A stretch of 64,000 nt of DNA from Neophaeotheca triangularis (taxonomy: Eukaryota): contig BAAIJX010000037.1 in assembly GCA_054600435.1 (NCBI GenBank), forward strand, positions 1-64,000. The letters run 5' to 3'. Shown here piece by piece: positions 46,200 to 57,977 of this stretch. The translations under genes and the position numbers were made by a program. Under the pieces are notes generated by a model. It did not search any database. It was given only the letters and a program-made list of their open reading frames with translations, and had not been told where the DNA came from. Each line of letters starts with the position of its first letter. Positions within the stretch are counted from its first letter, which is position 1.

Positions 46200-47659
46200 A
46201 TGTCCGAACAATACATCAAATGGTTGGTATTGACGTTCAAGGGGCGAGGGACACCGGGAAAGAGCCCCAAGGCTGATGAGTCCATTTAGGGATGCGGAAG
46301 GGGTGGAGAAGATCCAGCCGGGCGAGAAGGAGAAGATTCAAGAGGTCTCGGATCAGTTCAATCGGTTCCAGATGATGAATTTCAACGAGCACATGCATTG
46401 CCTTCGAGGCACGCACCTGAAGACGCAAGGCGTGAGTCTTCGGCAGTTGGAGGGAGTTACGCAGCGAAGATCAACAGATGCTGACTATGGAGCTTTCGCC
46501 AGTGTGTTGTGGGCAAGTTCATCGTCCATGAGAAACTCCCTCCGCATCTCGCACAGGGAATGTTCGCCAAACCTGGGGTGAGTCCCTTCCTTTACGCATT
46601 CGGCCATCGACCATCGACCCCAAAGTTAACCCCCAACTCATCGATAGACCTACGACATGATCATGCGATATTCATCCCTGACTCCCAAGATCGTCCCAGA
46701 CAACGTCCCAGCTCCCCGAGGCATTGGAATGAAAATATTCGGCATCGAGGGCGAGAAACTGTGGGGACAAGACAAGAAGACGCAAGACTGGACTTTCAAT
46801 AACTATCCGATCCTCGAGTTGAGGGATCCGATCACAACGTGTGAGATTGCAGACTCCTTGGAACGAAACTGGAACAACCTGCCGCAATTCGCGAAAGAGC
46901 AGAGTGAGAGGGTCGATGCCGATGTGGCTACTATGGGCAGCCAGTTGCCACGACAGCACAGTAAGCCGAGCCACCCAACGCAAAACACTCGAAAGGCAAA
47001 CTCCTAACAATGCTGGTTCACAGTGGTCGCCATGCCCGAGTACTCGCAATCCGCCTACCGCCACGGCGACTACGTAGCCAAATACGGCGTCTTCCCACTC
47101 AGCAGCGAGCAGAAAGCCATTGAAAACGAATCCATCACCGACAACGCTCCCATCAACATCCTCTCCGCCAAGACCAGAGAGTTCCACATGACGCATAAAG
47201 TCACTTACAGTTTCTGCGCGCAGATGCTCGAGAACCTGGAGGAGCAACCCGTCGACGATCTCGGTGTCGAATGGGACGAGAAAAAGTACCCGTTCCAGCA
47301 GATCGCGACTCTCGAGTTCGAGCCCCAGGACAGCTGGCTTCCGGAATTCAGGGCATGGTTCGTGGACATCTTCTACAGACTACTACGTTCGAGGCTTAGC
47401 TAACCGTCTTGCAAACAGGTGGGACGACCGCATCACAGTCAACAGCTGGCACGGGCTCAAAGCTCACCAGCCGCTAGGTAGTACAAACCGGATGCGCAGG
47501 GTCGTGTATGCCGAGAGCAGGAAGTTGAGACTCAGAGTCAATGGTTATAAGAATTATGTTGAGCCCGAGGGTTTGGAGGATGTACCTGCGCCTGTGCCGC
47601 CGCCGCAGTTTGAGCTGCCGCATCAGCCGGCTGTGAGGACGGTTCCGGTGGCTTCTTGA
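46200..47659 (+). CDS. Small catalase-like heme protein (catalase-related family); introns 46223-46289, 46432-46502, 46578-46647, 46961-47023, 47358-47418
   Basis: RGTHLKTQGC (distal His motif), MRYSS, PRGIGMK, QDWTFNN, HQPLGSTNRMRRVVYAESR (proximal Tyr); five GT-AG introns all restore frame. Confidence 0.88.
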
Positions 47660-48792
47660 TGATCGCGGAGGGTTTGCAGGCGTTTGGGAAGGGGTGTTGG
47701 TAGGAGGTTTGTCTGGCTTTCGTGGTTGTTTCGCGGGTGTACTGGTTGTTGTTCTCCGTTTGACTCGGGGTCTTCCTGCTATCAGAATATGCAATTTCAA
47801 TGTTGCTTTAATCAATAGCCATGACGTCCTGCTGATTCTAATCAAATGTTTCGTAGTATCACTCATGACGGTTCCTCGCTTACCACACGCACACCTAAAC
47901 CTAACAGTTCTCCCTCAACATCACCAAACAGCCAACTCAGGTAACTCATCCCCTGAGCGAAACCCTCCTCAGCCGGAAGACCTACGCCATACAGGGGACA
48001 AAGCTCTTCTCATACTCCTGCTGCACGCCTTTTTCACAACTGCCCGTAGCTGCCCGTAACCCAATGCAAGATGCACCCAAGCGCCACAGCACGGAAGCAT
48101 CACAGCCAACCCATCTCGATCGCCGGCGCCACTTTAGGTTGCTGAGGGCCAGGACTTCGTCCACCCCGAGAACACCCCCTTGTCACATAACAGTCCCGAA
48201 CGAGACCTCGAGCCGGCCATCGGTCTCTTTTGCAATTCGAAAGTGATCGATTTGGAGGAGCCGAAGTCCAGCAGAGGTGGGAAGCTTTCTTTCACTGCGG
48301 CCTTCGTATTGTCGATCATATCAAAGCAGTGCAGTGGAAAGGTTTAGTGGACAGCATCAATTGGGGAGCATCGACTGGGGAACATCGTCGACGTCTTTGA
48401 TCCGAGTCATCCTTGGAGCTTGGAGGAGCATGCTTTGGCTGAAACTGTGTCGAGCCGAAATGCCTTGGACGCACAAGTTGTACATATTCTCGTGGACGTT
48501 AGCGTGAGTCTTCGGTGTCTATGCCGCTCTTGGGCAGAGGGGACTTGGTAGTTGTGGCGCAGAGCCGGCTACTGTTTTGGTGCATCGGAACGGCTTAAGG
48601 CGGGACTGGTTGACGAGGATGACGGGCAAGGCGCCTTAAGACGAGGGATATGGCGAGTAGATTGGAAAGACAACAGGACTAGAAAAACCAAGAAGGCAAG
48701 AAAACAGGAGCGAGAGGCACGGCACGTAACGAATTGTATTCTCACGGCTAGCATAGCTTTACTCAACTCAGCCCTAACGATTGCAAAACCCT

Positions 48793-51085
48793 TCAACCCT
48801 TCTTCGGCTCAGCAATGATACCTTCAGGGCTCGAGTTCCTGCCCTCACCACCCTCAATACCGTAATTCTCCTCAGTCTCGTTCTGCACCATGGTAACACC
48901 AGGAGCGTAGTGCAGCTCGCCTTCACCCCTGCGGATGCTCGGCACGAAGACGTCGAACCAGCGCGGCACGATGAAGCCGATGGCCATGATGACCATGGTG
49001 AGGTGCATGATGGTGAAGGCGAAGATGTGGAGTTGGTTGGCGCGATTGGCGTGGAAGGTCGGATACGCCAGAGAAAAAACGATCGCTAGGATAGGGCAAG
49101 TGATGTACTTGAGCATCGGTGTCCAGATCCAGGGGAGGGGCCAGTTCTTGCCTTGAGCAACGGTGAGGTTGAGATCGCGGGTGAGTTGTTGGCCCTGTGG
49201 AGATGTTAATCATGTTTGGACGTCAGAGAGGGTGACGGTATGGGTTAGAATGCTTACCGAGTAAAAGGCAAGGTACCATAGCTTGCTGAGCATGGCGTTG
49301 TTGCCCCAGAATCGCGGCGGTAGAGCGTCCGGGCGCTTCGAGAGGAGGACAGCCGTGACAGTCGTGATGATAAAGATGCCGAAACCAACACCAGCTCCAG
49401 CTCCGGGGTGAACAGCGTGGCCGATACCAACTCCCAAAATCAACGCCAGAAAGTACCCAGCGTTGAAAAGGAAGTATGGGATTTTACCGCACTGGCCCAT
49501 GACGTCCTTGTAGCGGTAGACAGTAGTTGCGGAAGCACACTCCATGAAGGTGACGAAGAAGAGGGCCAGGTTGTTGACGTAGGTGTCAACAGCATCCAGG
49601 AGGTAGTAGCCAAATTCAGTGCAGAACATGATCGACAAGAGGAACGAGACAGTGACGCAGCCTGTCGCGACCATCCAGCGTGGGAACTTCTTGCCCCAGT
49701 CGCTGTCTGTGACCAGGGTGACCACAGCTTCCATGAGCGCGAAGGAGGAGCTTATACCGAGAAGCATCAGGGTGGCGAAGAAAATGACGGAGAAGAAGGC
49801 TGCACCAGGCTGAGGAAAGTCAATTAGTCGCGAGAACTACACAAGAGGTGTGCATCGTTCAACTTACCATCTGTGCAAGAGCTTCCGGGTATGTCAGGAA
49901 AGCAATGGTAAATGTAGACAAGGTTTCCTCGCTGGGTTGAAGGCCGAGAAATCCGATAACCCCAAAGACCGCAAAGGCTGCGATGACTTCAATCAAGCTG
50001 TTGCTGAATGCAATGATCAAAGCGTCCTGGACAGCGTTCGAGAACTTGTTGTTGTACGAGGCGTAGGAGGTGAAGTATCCAAAACCAACACCAATACCTG
50101 AAGGGGTGGGTTAGCACAAGAAGCCCTTGGTCACCCGTGTAAGCGCAATGCAGCGCTTGGTCTGCGACTTACTGAAAAAGATTTGTCCCGATGCTGCCTG
50201 CCAGATTTCTCGGTTGGCCAGCTTAGCGCTATCCCAAGAGCCAAAGTAGAGCGCGACACCCCGGCCAGCGTTAGGTAGGGATAAACCGCGGCCGAGGAGA
50301 ATGATGATCATGATCAGGGGAAGGCCCACTAATTCGAGTGTCAGTAATACGCTTGCTGGCTCGTGTCATTTGGGTGCGCACGTACTGGTGAAGTAGACGA
50401 CTCTGCCAGTAAGGCCGATGCCCTTGAACATGCAAAGCCAAACAACAAACCAGGTGAAGGCGGTCCAGCCGACGGTCTCTCCGACGATACCTGTGGCTGG
50501 CCATTGGTAGTAGGTCTCAACGTTGCCATTCCCATCAAATGTTCCTTCAACTGGGTCTGGTGCACGGTGTACGTCCTCTGCGTAGAATTCGTCTGGCCTG
50601 CCCTCCCATGGAAAGGGGGTGCTGAAGGAGGACCTGAAGTAGCGCATCACGTACGCGAGAATGACCACATAGTAGACGACAACGGAGTAGCCGGTGAAGA
50701 TCACAGCCAGACCGACACCCTTGAAGCGCTTGTGGATATGGTCGAAAGCGATGATGCAGCCACCTTTGTATCCTTGACCGATTGAGCTAAGACACGCTGG
50801 GTCAGCTCAAGTTGCGTGGGTCTCGCCGACGGCGGGGCCAACTCACATTTCCAGCATCAGGATGGGAATACCCAGAAAGAAGAGCGCGAGCAAATAGGGA
50901 ATGAACCATTGCGCTCCGTTGTTGTTGAAGACCTGTCCAGGGTAACGCAGCAAGTTACCCAAACCTACGGCGCCTCCCAAGGATGCCAGGATGAACGAAA
51001 GGCGAGAGCCCCATTGAGCTCTTCCGTCGACGTCCTTGTCGGCATCTGGTGCGAACCACTGGCCGACTCTCTTGAAAGAAACCAT
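48793..51085 (-). CDS. Neurotransmitter:sodium symporter (NSS/SNF/SLC6) family transporter; introns 50846-50787, 50385-50329, 50172-50098, 49867-49810, 49257-49195
   Basis: RAQWGSRLSFILASLGGAVGLGNLLRYP, NNGAQWFIPY, WQAASGQIFFSIGVGFG, YASYN, LGISS; many TM helices. Confidence 0.93.
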
Positions 51086-53137
51086 CTTTGGTTGGCGAAG
51101 AGACGCGCGAAGCCGTCCGTCAGGGTGTTGTGGCGGTCGACTGAGGAGTGGGAATGAGACGCGCTGGGTTGGGAAGGCTGAGTCGAAGGCAGGGGAGTGA
51201 GCGAAGGGTCGATCAATTTATCTAGTAAGACCTATCGCTTCAGCGACAATAAGCCAAGTGGTTTCCAAGACTTAACGGGAGCAGCACCCACGCGGCACCG
51301 TCGCCCACTTACGGTTCTAGCCTTGCTCCGTGCGGCGTTTGTGGCTATCTTTGCGATACCTAAAAAACTTCTTATCTTTCGCGAAAGTCTGCGCTCCAGC
51401 GGATTTGGTGGCTCTTATCTTTGGTTGACCTTGGCGGAGTTTGGATATAGTTCTCGAAGATAATTTTCGAGTCAGCACATGAACCGTCCATGATGTTTTG
51501 TCCGTTGCTTCGAAACAAAGAGTAGGTATGACAAGCCACGTGCGCTCATGTGAGGGAATAAGCAGTGTCAAAGAAAGGAGTCTGAATGGCCCATCACGCG
51601 ACCCCCCAGCTCCGTTCTGGAAACCGCCAAGGACACCCCGCACTCACCTCAAGCGCCATCCCCCATGTTCCCCAGGCTCGAGTCAATAGGCTTTTCGCTT
51701 AACGTAGAAAGTGCCTAACATAGAGGGTAGTAAGGTAGATGGCGAGGCGGGTGTTAAGTAATAGTATATCTTGAACACGACGTTCCTGCTGTTGTCTTTA
51801 TTTAGGGCCAAACACGCGCGGAGACCCCATGGGGTGCAGCCCAATTACTTACCTCCCGGTGCCTCCTGCGGGCGATGGGCCATCCCTACCTGTTTGTTGA
51901 AGAGACCGCGTTATAATTCTTGGTCCAACGCAGACTGGTTGTTCGCCTACCTTGTCTGCAAATCGAGGCCCGAGATAGCAAAGTCGGCGCAATCTGCTAT
52001 CCAATCGCTCCAAGTCAGGGTCCTTCGGCTGGTCCTGGAAAAGTTGCTTGAAGATCAACTATAGCCCAGAAGCTACTGCAGGAATGATCTCGCATACCTG
52101 CCCACTGGGACTGAGTTTACAGCTCGGCTGGAGACGGCTTTGTGGAGGTTGCAAGAGCTACAGGCGCCACGACATTGGCGTGCATGAACCGGGGTTATCG
52201 TGTGGAAGTAGAGTCTAGCCACGAAGAGGTTTAATACTTCGTGTCGCGTGTCCGAATAAACGACGGGAAGAAAAGTTCGGCCTTGTGATTTGTTACCGAG
52301 CCGCTGTTTCCAACAATATTGAGAAAGCAGTAGTGCTGGTAGATAGCCGCACAGCGCTATCATCTGCGTCTGAAATGAGCTGGATGGTCTGATCACTTGT
52401 TGGTGCTGGCGCGACAGCAGTAATAGCGTATCTTCTAAGAATCGGCTGGAGCCTGGCCGTCAATAATGATGAGGCTTTGCTCAACATTGTTGGAGACATT
52501 GTTGATGCGGCTGAACTTTGATCCATCCAGTGGCGTCCACTCTGGTTTGAGCCTCAGGAACAATCGGCTCAAGGAATGAGAAAAGCGTAGCCACGGTTGC
52601 ACCGGGATGGCTGGTTGGTACTCCATTGTAGGGGCCGCAGGTGCCAGGCGGCCCCAAACGCCTCCTCGGAAGCGTATATCAGCAGCACATGGCAATCTGG
52701 CAATACCTCCGTGATGTTCAAGGCCTCGGCCGCAAGCGCCAACCATAAGGCCTGGTGTCTTGCTTGGCTTCGCCTTGCGCAGTTCCCAGAACGGGTGAAG
52801 ACCGTCCGCATGGCAGATGTCGAGGTATGTTACCAAAGCTCATCACGTGTCGGAATACCGATATAACAAAAAGAGTAGTGTGTTAAGTAGTTGATGTTGA
52901 AGAGAAAGAAGCAAGTAGGGATGTTGTAGAAAATATGTAATTATGTATGTGGTCTTGTAGTAGGGCGTGGGGCGTGGCACCTGCTCATGCCTGAGGCAAC
53001 TAGGTCATAATATGCCCCCTAACCGCTTCAGGACGCGTAGCCTCATTGAACACGAGTCGCAAGGACAACACCTCCTCAATTGCGCTTGAAGTAGCAAACA
53101 AAGGACGCTATCACACCCCGTAACCCACCCTCTCGCC

Positions 53138-53977
53138 ATGTTGGCCCTCTCCCTTCTTACCGCCCTCCTAGGCCTCCTCGCTCCTCTCGCATCCGCAACA
53201 GCCCTGACCTACAAGCTCGTCCCCAATGAGAAGGAATGCTTCTACACCAATGTCGAAACCCAGGGCGCAAAGATAGCATTCTACTTCGCCGTGCAGAGTG
53301 GTGGGAGCTTTGATAGTACGTGTGGATAATCGTGGAAGAACCAGAAAAGGCTTGGCATGGCTAATCAGCATGGCGCAGTCGCATACTCTGTCCACGGTCC
53401 TACCAAAACACCAGGCAAGGAGCAGATCATCCTCGACGGCGCGAAGGAAAGACAAGGCGACTTTGTGTTCACCGCCGAGAACGTGGGCGAGTACCGCTTT
53501 TGCTTCGATAACACCGTTTCGACTTTCTCGGATAAGCTGGTGGACTTTGAGATCGCTGTACGTGGCTCTACCGTAACATAGATACTTACCAGAGGTCTCC
53601 TCGAGCTAATACACAATCGCTTGGCAGGTCGAGAATGAGCTCCGCAAAGACCTTCCGCAAAAGGCTGGCGTCCCTACCGAACAACTATCTGGTGTCGAGG
53701 AAGCTGTGCTTCGGTTGTCAGGACAAGTCTCCACTCTGACGAGACAGCAAAAGTACTTTAGGACCAGGGAGAACAGGAACTTCAGCACAGTGAGGAGCAC
53801 AGAGCAGCGCATCTGGAACTTCAGCTTGATGGAGGTGGGTATGATGGTTGCTATGGCAGGGCTGCAAGTGTTTGTGGTCAAGATGTTCTTCACTGGCGGA
53901 AGGAAAGGTGAGTTCCCCTGACAATTTACTTTTCCAAGTCGCGACGACTGCTAACTCCTTTCGCAGGTTACGTCTAG
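53138..53977 (+). CDS. p24/emp24/gp25L GOLD-domain cargo receptor; introns 53316-53378, 53558-53627, 53908-53966
   Basis: Signal peptide, ECFY, FYFAVQSGGSFD, GEYRFCFDN, QKYFRTRENRNFSTV, TM helix then FF..KGYV tail. Confidence 0.93.
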
Positions 53978-54069
53978 ACAATTAAAAATGTACAATACAT
54001 CCAGCGCTTCGACCAAACCAGCTCCACGTCCCCATTGCAATGCCAACAACCACCGAGCCTCCAACCCAC

Positions 54070-54618
54070 TCACCCCACCCTCCTCCCGTCCTCAACAACC
54101 ATATACTCATCCCCAACCATCATCTTCATCTCCTCCTCGACCATGAAATTCTCATGATCCGGCGTCAAAGCCTTGCTAGCCGGATCATACATGAACCGCG
54201 CAAAGTCCTTATAGTCTCTAAACACAAAAGTGCAAATCGCATCGTAATCCAGCATAGGCGCCGACTTGCCCTTGAGCATATCGGCCATGATGGTGCGGTC
54301 GCGGGATAGGCAATATGTCTGGGAGAGAAGAGGGGCCTCAGCTGGTTCGGACGTGTGGAAGGGGAAGTGTCGAAGGCGGGTGTACATGTCGCGAAGAAGG
54401 GGGGTGAGTTGTTGAACTGAATTTCAGTAGACACCTACCAGACTGTATGTGATCACGTTATGCTTCTCGAGCACAGGCGCAGCCATTTGCGCGTGTTTGT
54501 GGTTGTAGTGCTCGATGAAATCGGCGTCGCTGAGGCCAGGTTTCTTCTTCACCAAGATGGTCGCTTTGACTACTTTGCGGAAACCCGTTGTGTTGGGGTA
54601 GCCTGCTTCGAGGACCAT
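54070..54618 (-). CDS. EthD-domain (dimeric alpha-beta barrel) protein; intron 54438-54319
   Basis: KKKPGLSDADFIEHYNHKHA, DYDAI, LTPDHENFM motifs. Confidence 0.88.
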
Positions 54619-54848
54619 GTTGAGCAATACAATATTTATTTCGGTTGTAGAAGGGGGAAAGGAAAAAGGAGCGAAATGGTGGCATGTGAAAGCTCGCATG
54701 AACATGATCGACAACAGATGGAAGCTCAAGCCAGCTGGCATGCAACGTCACCTCTAGATAACCTTATGCTGCAAGGTACCAGACGACAACAACTAATACA
54801 CATCCGTCATCAACAGCACCAAAACGAACTCAACAACCCTCACGCAGA

Positions 54849-55268
54849 ATGCTCCTCCTAACCCTCCTCCTCGCCCTCCTCCCTTCCCTCGGGGCCGCAC
54901 AATTTCAATTCTTCGAACAAATGTTCAACCAACCCGGCGGCGGCCACCAAAACCAACCCCAAAACGCCGCCTCGGACGCCGCTTGGTACCAGCAACAATA
55001 CGGCAACAGTGCGTCCCCATCCCAAACTCCGTTTCAGCCAGAAGAATCGTAGCTAACAGATTCCGCGTGTCTAGCCCGCTGTGACAAATACCTCTGCCCG
55101 CAAACTCTCAGTTGCGTGCACTTCCCGCACCACTGCCCTTGCGCTTTCCCGGATGTTGAGGAGAAGGTTGAGTTTGGCGATGGGAGTATGGCTTGTGTGA
55201 GTAAAGGGGGCTTTAAGCAGGGAGAGAGTTTAAGGAAGGTTGAGTTGGCGAGGAAAGGGCTGTTGTAG
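54849..55268 (+). CDS. LCL2: Long chronological lifespan protein 2; intron 55009-55074
   Basis: Signal peptide, QFQFFEQMF; exon 2 reads [21 protein letters not shown]...[10 protein letters not shown]. Confidence 0.9.
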
Positions 55269-55967
55269 GGTAAGGTAGGATTAGGGGAATTTCGAGACAG
55301 TTTAATATTTTGGTTTTTGCCAGAGTTTGGGGCGTGGTGGCTGGGGTAGGGTGAATGGCATTCGTGCTTGAGGGCTGTTCGGGTTGTGGGATGTTTGGGT
55401 CCAATAGGTCTTACATGGTAGGTCGGGTTGCGTGGGGTGGGTTTGGCAATACTTGCTCTTCGAAGAACGGGTGGTAGGTCATGTCATGGACGAGTAGCAT
55501 ACTCGCTGAGGGTATAGCGTCAAGGATAAACTGCTTTGGATCGTTCGCCCCGGCACAAAGAGCAACGCACTCGAGGCAGAACGCTAGAATACCACAGGTA
55601 TCAAGAAGGCAGCTGCATTAACACGCGTCTTGGAACCGCAGCATCAGGATCGAAAGACATTCTGCCAGGTAATAGATTTGAAGTGTAAGAAGCCACGATC
55701 TTGGGCACTGAGGGAAGGGCTCCAGGGCGCGTGTGTGGTCCTCAGTTGTTCTCGGCGCATGCTGTCAGATTACAACGATGCACTCGAGGAGCGACGGGAA
55801 AGATGGTTCGTAGAGGATCTGTCAACAGCAGAGAAATTTACACCACGGTCAAAGGGCTGAACTTGCCTGGATCAGAGCAGTAGTGACTACTTTAGAGTAG
55901 AAGCAAGTCATCAGTCGTCAATTCGTAACTACAGTACTGTACACGCTCAAACTCTCCCGCCTTTCAC

Positions 55968-57569
55968 TTAAGCCGTCACAGCCTTCGCCGCCCCCTTCCG
56001 CCCCCTGACCCCTCGCTCAACAAATCTATACTGGTATTCTTGCGGCATTCCCTCCCCACATTCCTCCCTCCCCCAAGCTTTCATTAACGCCTGCACCATG
56101 ACCTTACGCTCCTTCTCCGCCGCCTGCCTCTCCCCATTCAACGCAGAAATCTCAGTTTGTAGCCTCTCGATGCGTTTCTGGTAGTGAGCGTCGCGTTTGC
56201 GCAAGACCGCTTTCACGCGCTCGTCCACGGCTTGGTTGGCTTCGGTGTGCGCGGTGCGGGTTTCGGTGTGTGCGGCACGTTCGTTATCGAGGATGGATGT
56301 GGTTCGTTGGAGTGATGTGCGAGTTTCGGTGTGTGCCTTGCGTTCGTTCGAGAGGTCAATTGTGGTTTGTGTGAGTTCGGTGCGGAGTTGGGAGAGTTGG
56401 GCTTGGGCGGTTTCTGCCGCCGTTGTGGCTTTTTGGAATTTTTCTTCTTCGTCGTTTTGGCGTGTGCTTGCCGCTTGCTGTTCTTTCGCTAGCGCTGCCA
56501 GCGCGGTCCTAGTCGCTTCGTGGGCATTCTGCTCAGTTTCGAGCGCGGCCTTCTCCGTTTCGAGTGCGGCTTGTGTGGTTTTGAGAGTCGCTCGGGATCC
56601 CTCTGCTTCTTGCTGGCGTACAGCTGTCTGTTTATTCTCGGTACTCTTGAGCGCTTGGTTCTCTGCGCGCATTTTCTCCAGCTCAGCGCGTGTCTCTTCA
56701 TGTCCTAATTGTTCAGCTGCCAGCTCCGACTGGCTCTCTGTCCTCATTTTCTCCAGCGCAGCGCGTGTCTCGTCGTGCGCCGATTTCTCGGCCGTCAGCT
56801 TCGCCTGTCTCTCTGCCCTCGCTTCCTCCAACGCGGCGCGTGTTTCGTTGTGTGCCGATTTCTCCTCCGTCAGCTCCGCAAGATATCTGTCCAGAGCCGC
56901 CCGGGAGCCCTGTTGGTCGTGCAGCCACACAGCTGCCTGTTCCTCCCCAGCATTCTCCAGCGCCTTGTTGTCCGCCGTCGCCTCCTCGAGCGCGGCACGC
57001 GTTTTCTCATGTGCTGCCTCTTCAGCTTTCAGTGCATTTCGAGTCTCCTCGCATGCCGCCTTAGCAGCGTCTCGATGGTTTTGCAGGCGTTCTCTCAGCT
57101 GTGCGATCTCTGCGCGGAGGTTCTCGATTTCGGATCTTGGTGAGGGCGAGGCTGTCCTGGGTGTAGACTTGGCAGCGGATTGGACGGGCGAGGCTGCTTT
57201 TGGTAGGGATTTGGCGGTAGATTGGACGGGCGAGGCTGTTCTCGGCAGGGATTTGGCAGCAGAGGGGACCGGAGAGGGAATGCGATGGGCGTGTTGAGGG
57301 GTGCGGAGGACTGAGTTATCCACCAATTCGCTGTAGTATTCTTCCACGGTCGGTTGTCGGGAGCGCATCCAACGACCCATGTTGAGTGTAAAGTCGCTCG
57401 GGCCCTCGATGTCACCGCTTAGGACGCGGTCACGCTGCGGCTTGTCGGCGTAGGCCAGAGTGTCGTCGTCGCTGTCGATGCCTAGCGCGGCAAGATTGAG
57501 GGAGTATTGAGAGGCGACGGGAGAGGATGGCGCGGGCGGCGATGCTTGCTTCGGTGTTGAGGAAGACAT
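55968..57569 (-). CDS. Long coiled-coil protein, possibly spindle-pole-body associated (SnaD-like)
   Basis: 533-aa ORF; DIEGPSDFTLNM N-terminal motif, Ser-Pro repeats, repeated AHxxTRAALE coiled coil, C-terminal ALMKAWGREECG..YQYRF; family recalled from memory only. Confidence 0.7.
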   Translation of the reverse strand: MSSSTPKQASPPAPSSPVASQYSLNLAALGIDSDDDTLAYADKPQRDRVLSGDIEGPSDFTLNMGRWMRSRQPTVEEYYSELVDNSVLRTPQHAHRIPSPVPSAAKSLPRTASPVQSTAKSLPKAASPVQSAAKSTPRTASPSPRSEIENLRAEIAQLRERLQNHRDAAKAACEETRNALKAEEAAHEKTRAALEEATADNKALENAGEEQAAVWLHDQQGSRAALDRYLAELTEEKSAHNETRAALEEARAERQAKLTAEKSAHDETRAALEKMRTESQSELAAEQLGHEETRAELEKMRAENQALKSTENKQTAVRQQEAEGSRATLKTTQAALETEKAALETEQNAHEATRTALAALAKEQQAASTRQNDEEEKFQKATTAAETAQAQLSQLRTELTQTTIDLSNERKAHTETRTSLQRTTSILDNERAAHTETRTAHTEANQAVDERVKAVLRKRDAHYQKRIERLQTEISALNGERQAAEKERKVMVQALMKAWGREECGEGMPQEYQYRFVERGVRGRKGAAKAVTA

Positions 57570-57818
57570 GGTGCCTGTCGTGGTCGACTTGCGCCTTTGC
57601 TGTTTGTTCGGGTCTTTTGTCCTGGAGGGTTGGATGATGGCGATGAAATTATGCTGATGTTCTGGTGCCTCGATGATATTTCTGATGTTGTTTCTGACGA
57701 GTCTTTCTGGTGTTCTGAGCGTGTTGAGTTGCTTGTTGCAGTGAGAAGACGCGTCGGGGACGAAGCTCAGCTTGCCTTATTTACATTTGACAACAAAAAA
57801 GATGCGCCTCGGAGCTTT

Positions 57819-57851
57819 GCGATAAGATGCGATAAGATGCGATAAGATAAG
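57819..57851. repeat. (GCGATAAGAT)x3 tandem repeat containing four GATAAG boxes
   Basis: gcgataagatgcgataagatgcgataagataag read directly, in the divergent promoter. Confidence 0.85.
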
Positions 57852-57977
57852 ACTCCATCTCGTGTCCTTTCACATGCCAGAATTTCTGATAGCCAGAAAG
57901 TCCTTGGAACTTCAATAGGTTTGAGGCCGTCCTAAAACATTAAAGGCTTAAAGCGCTTTTTCAAACAAACGTGACGA

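Noticed and set aside
51200..53100. Short ORFs upstream of the NSS and p24 genes
   Set aside because: No recognisable protein features; treated as divergent promoter or intergenic DNA
53582..53592. ATACTTACC resembling the U1 snRNA 5' end
   Set aside because: Sits inside a 70-nt intron and lacks U1 stem-loops and an Sm site
56197..57297. 366-aa plus-strand ORF
   Set aside because: Antisense shadow of the repetitive coiled-coil gene
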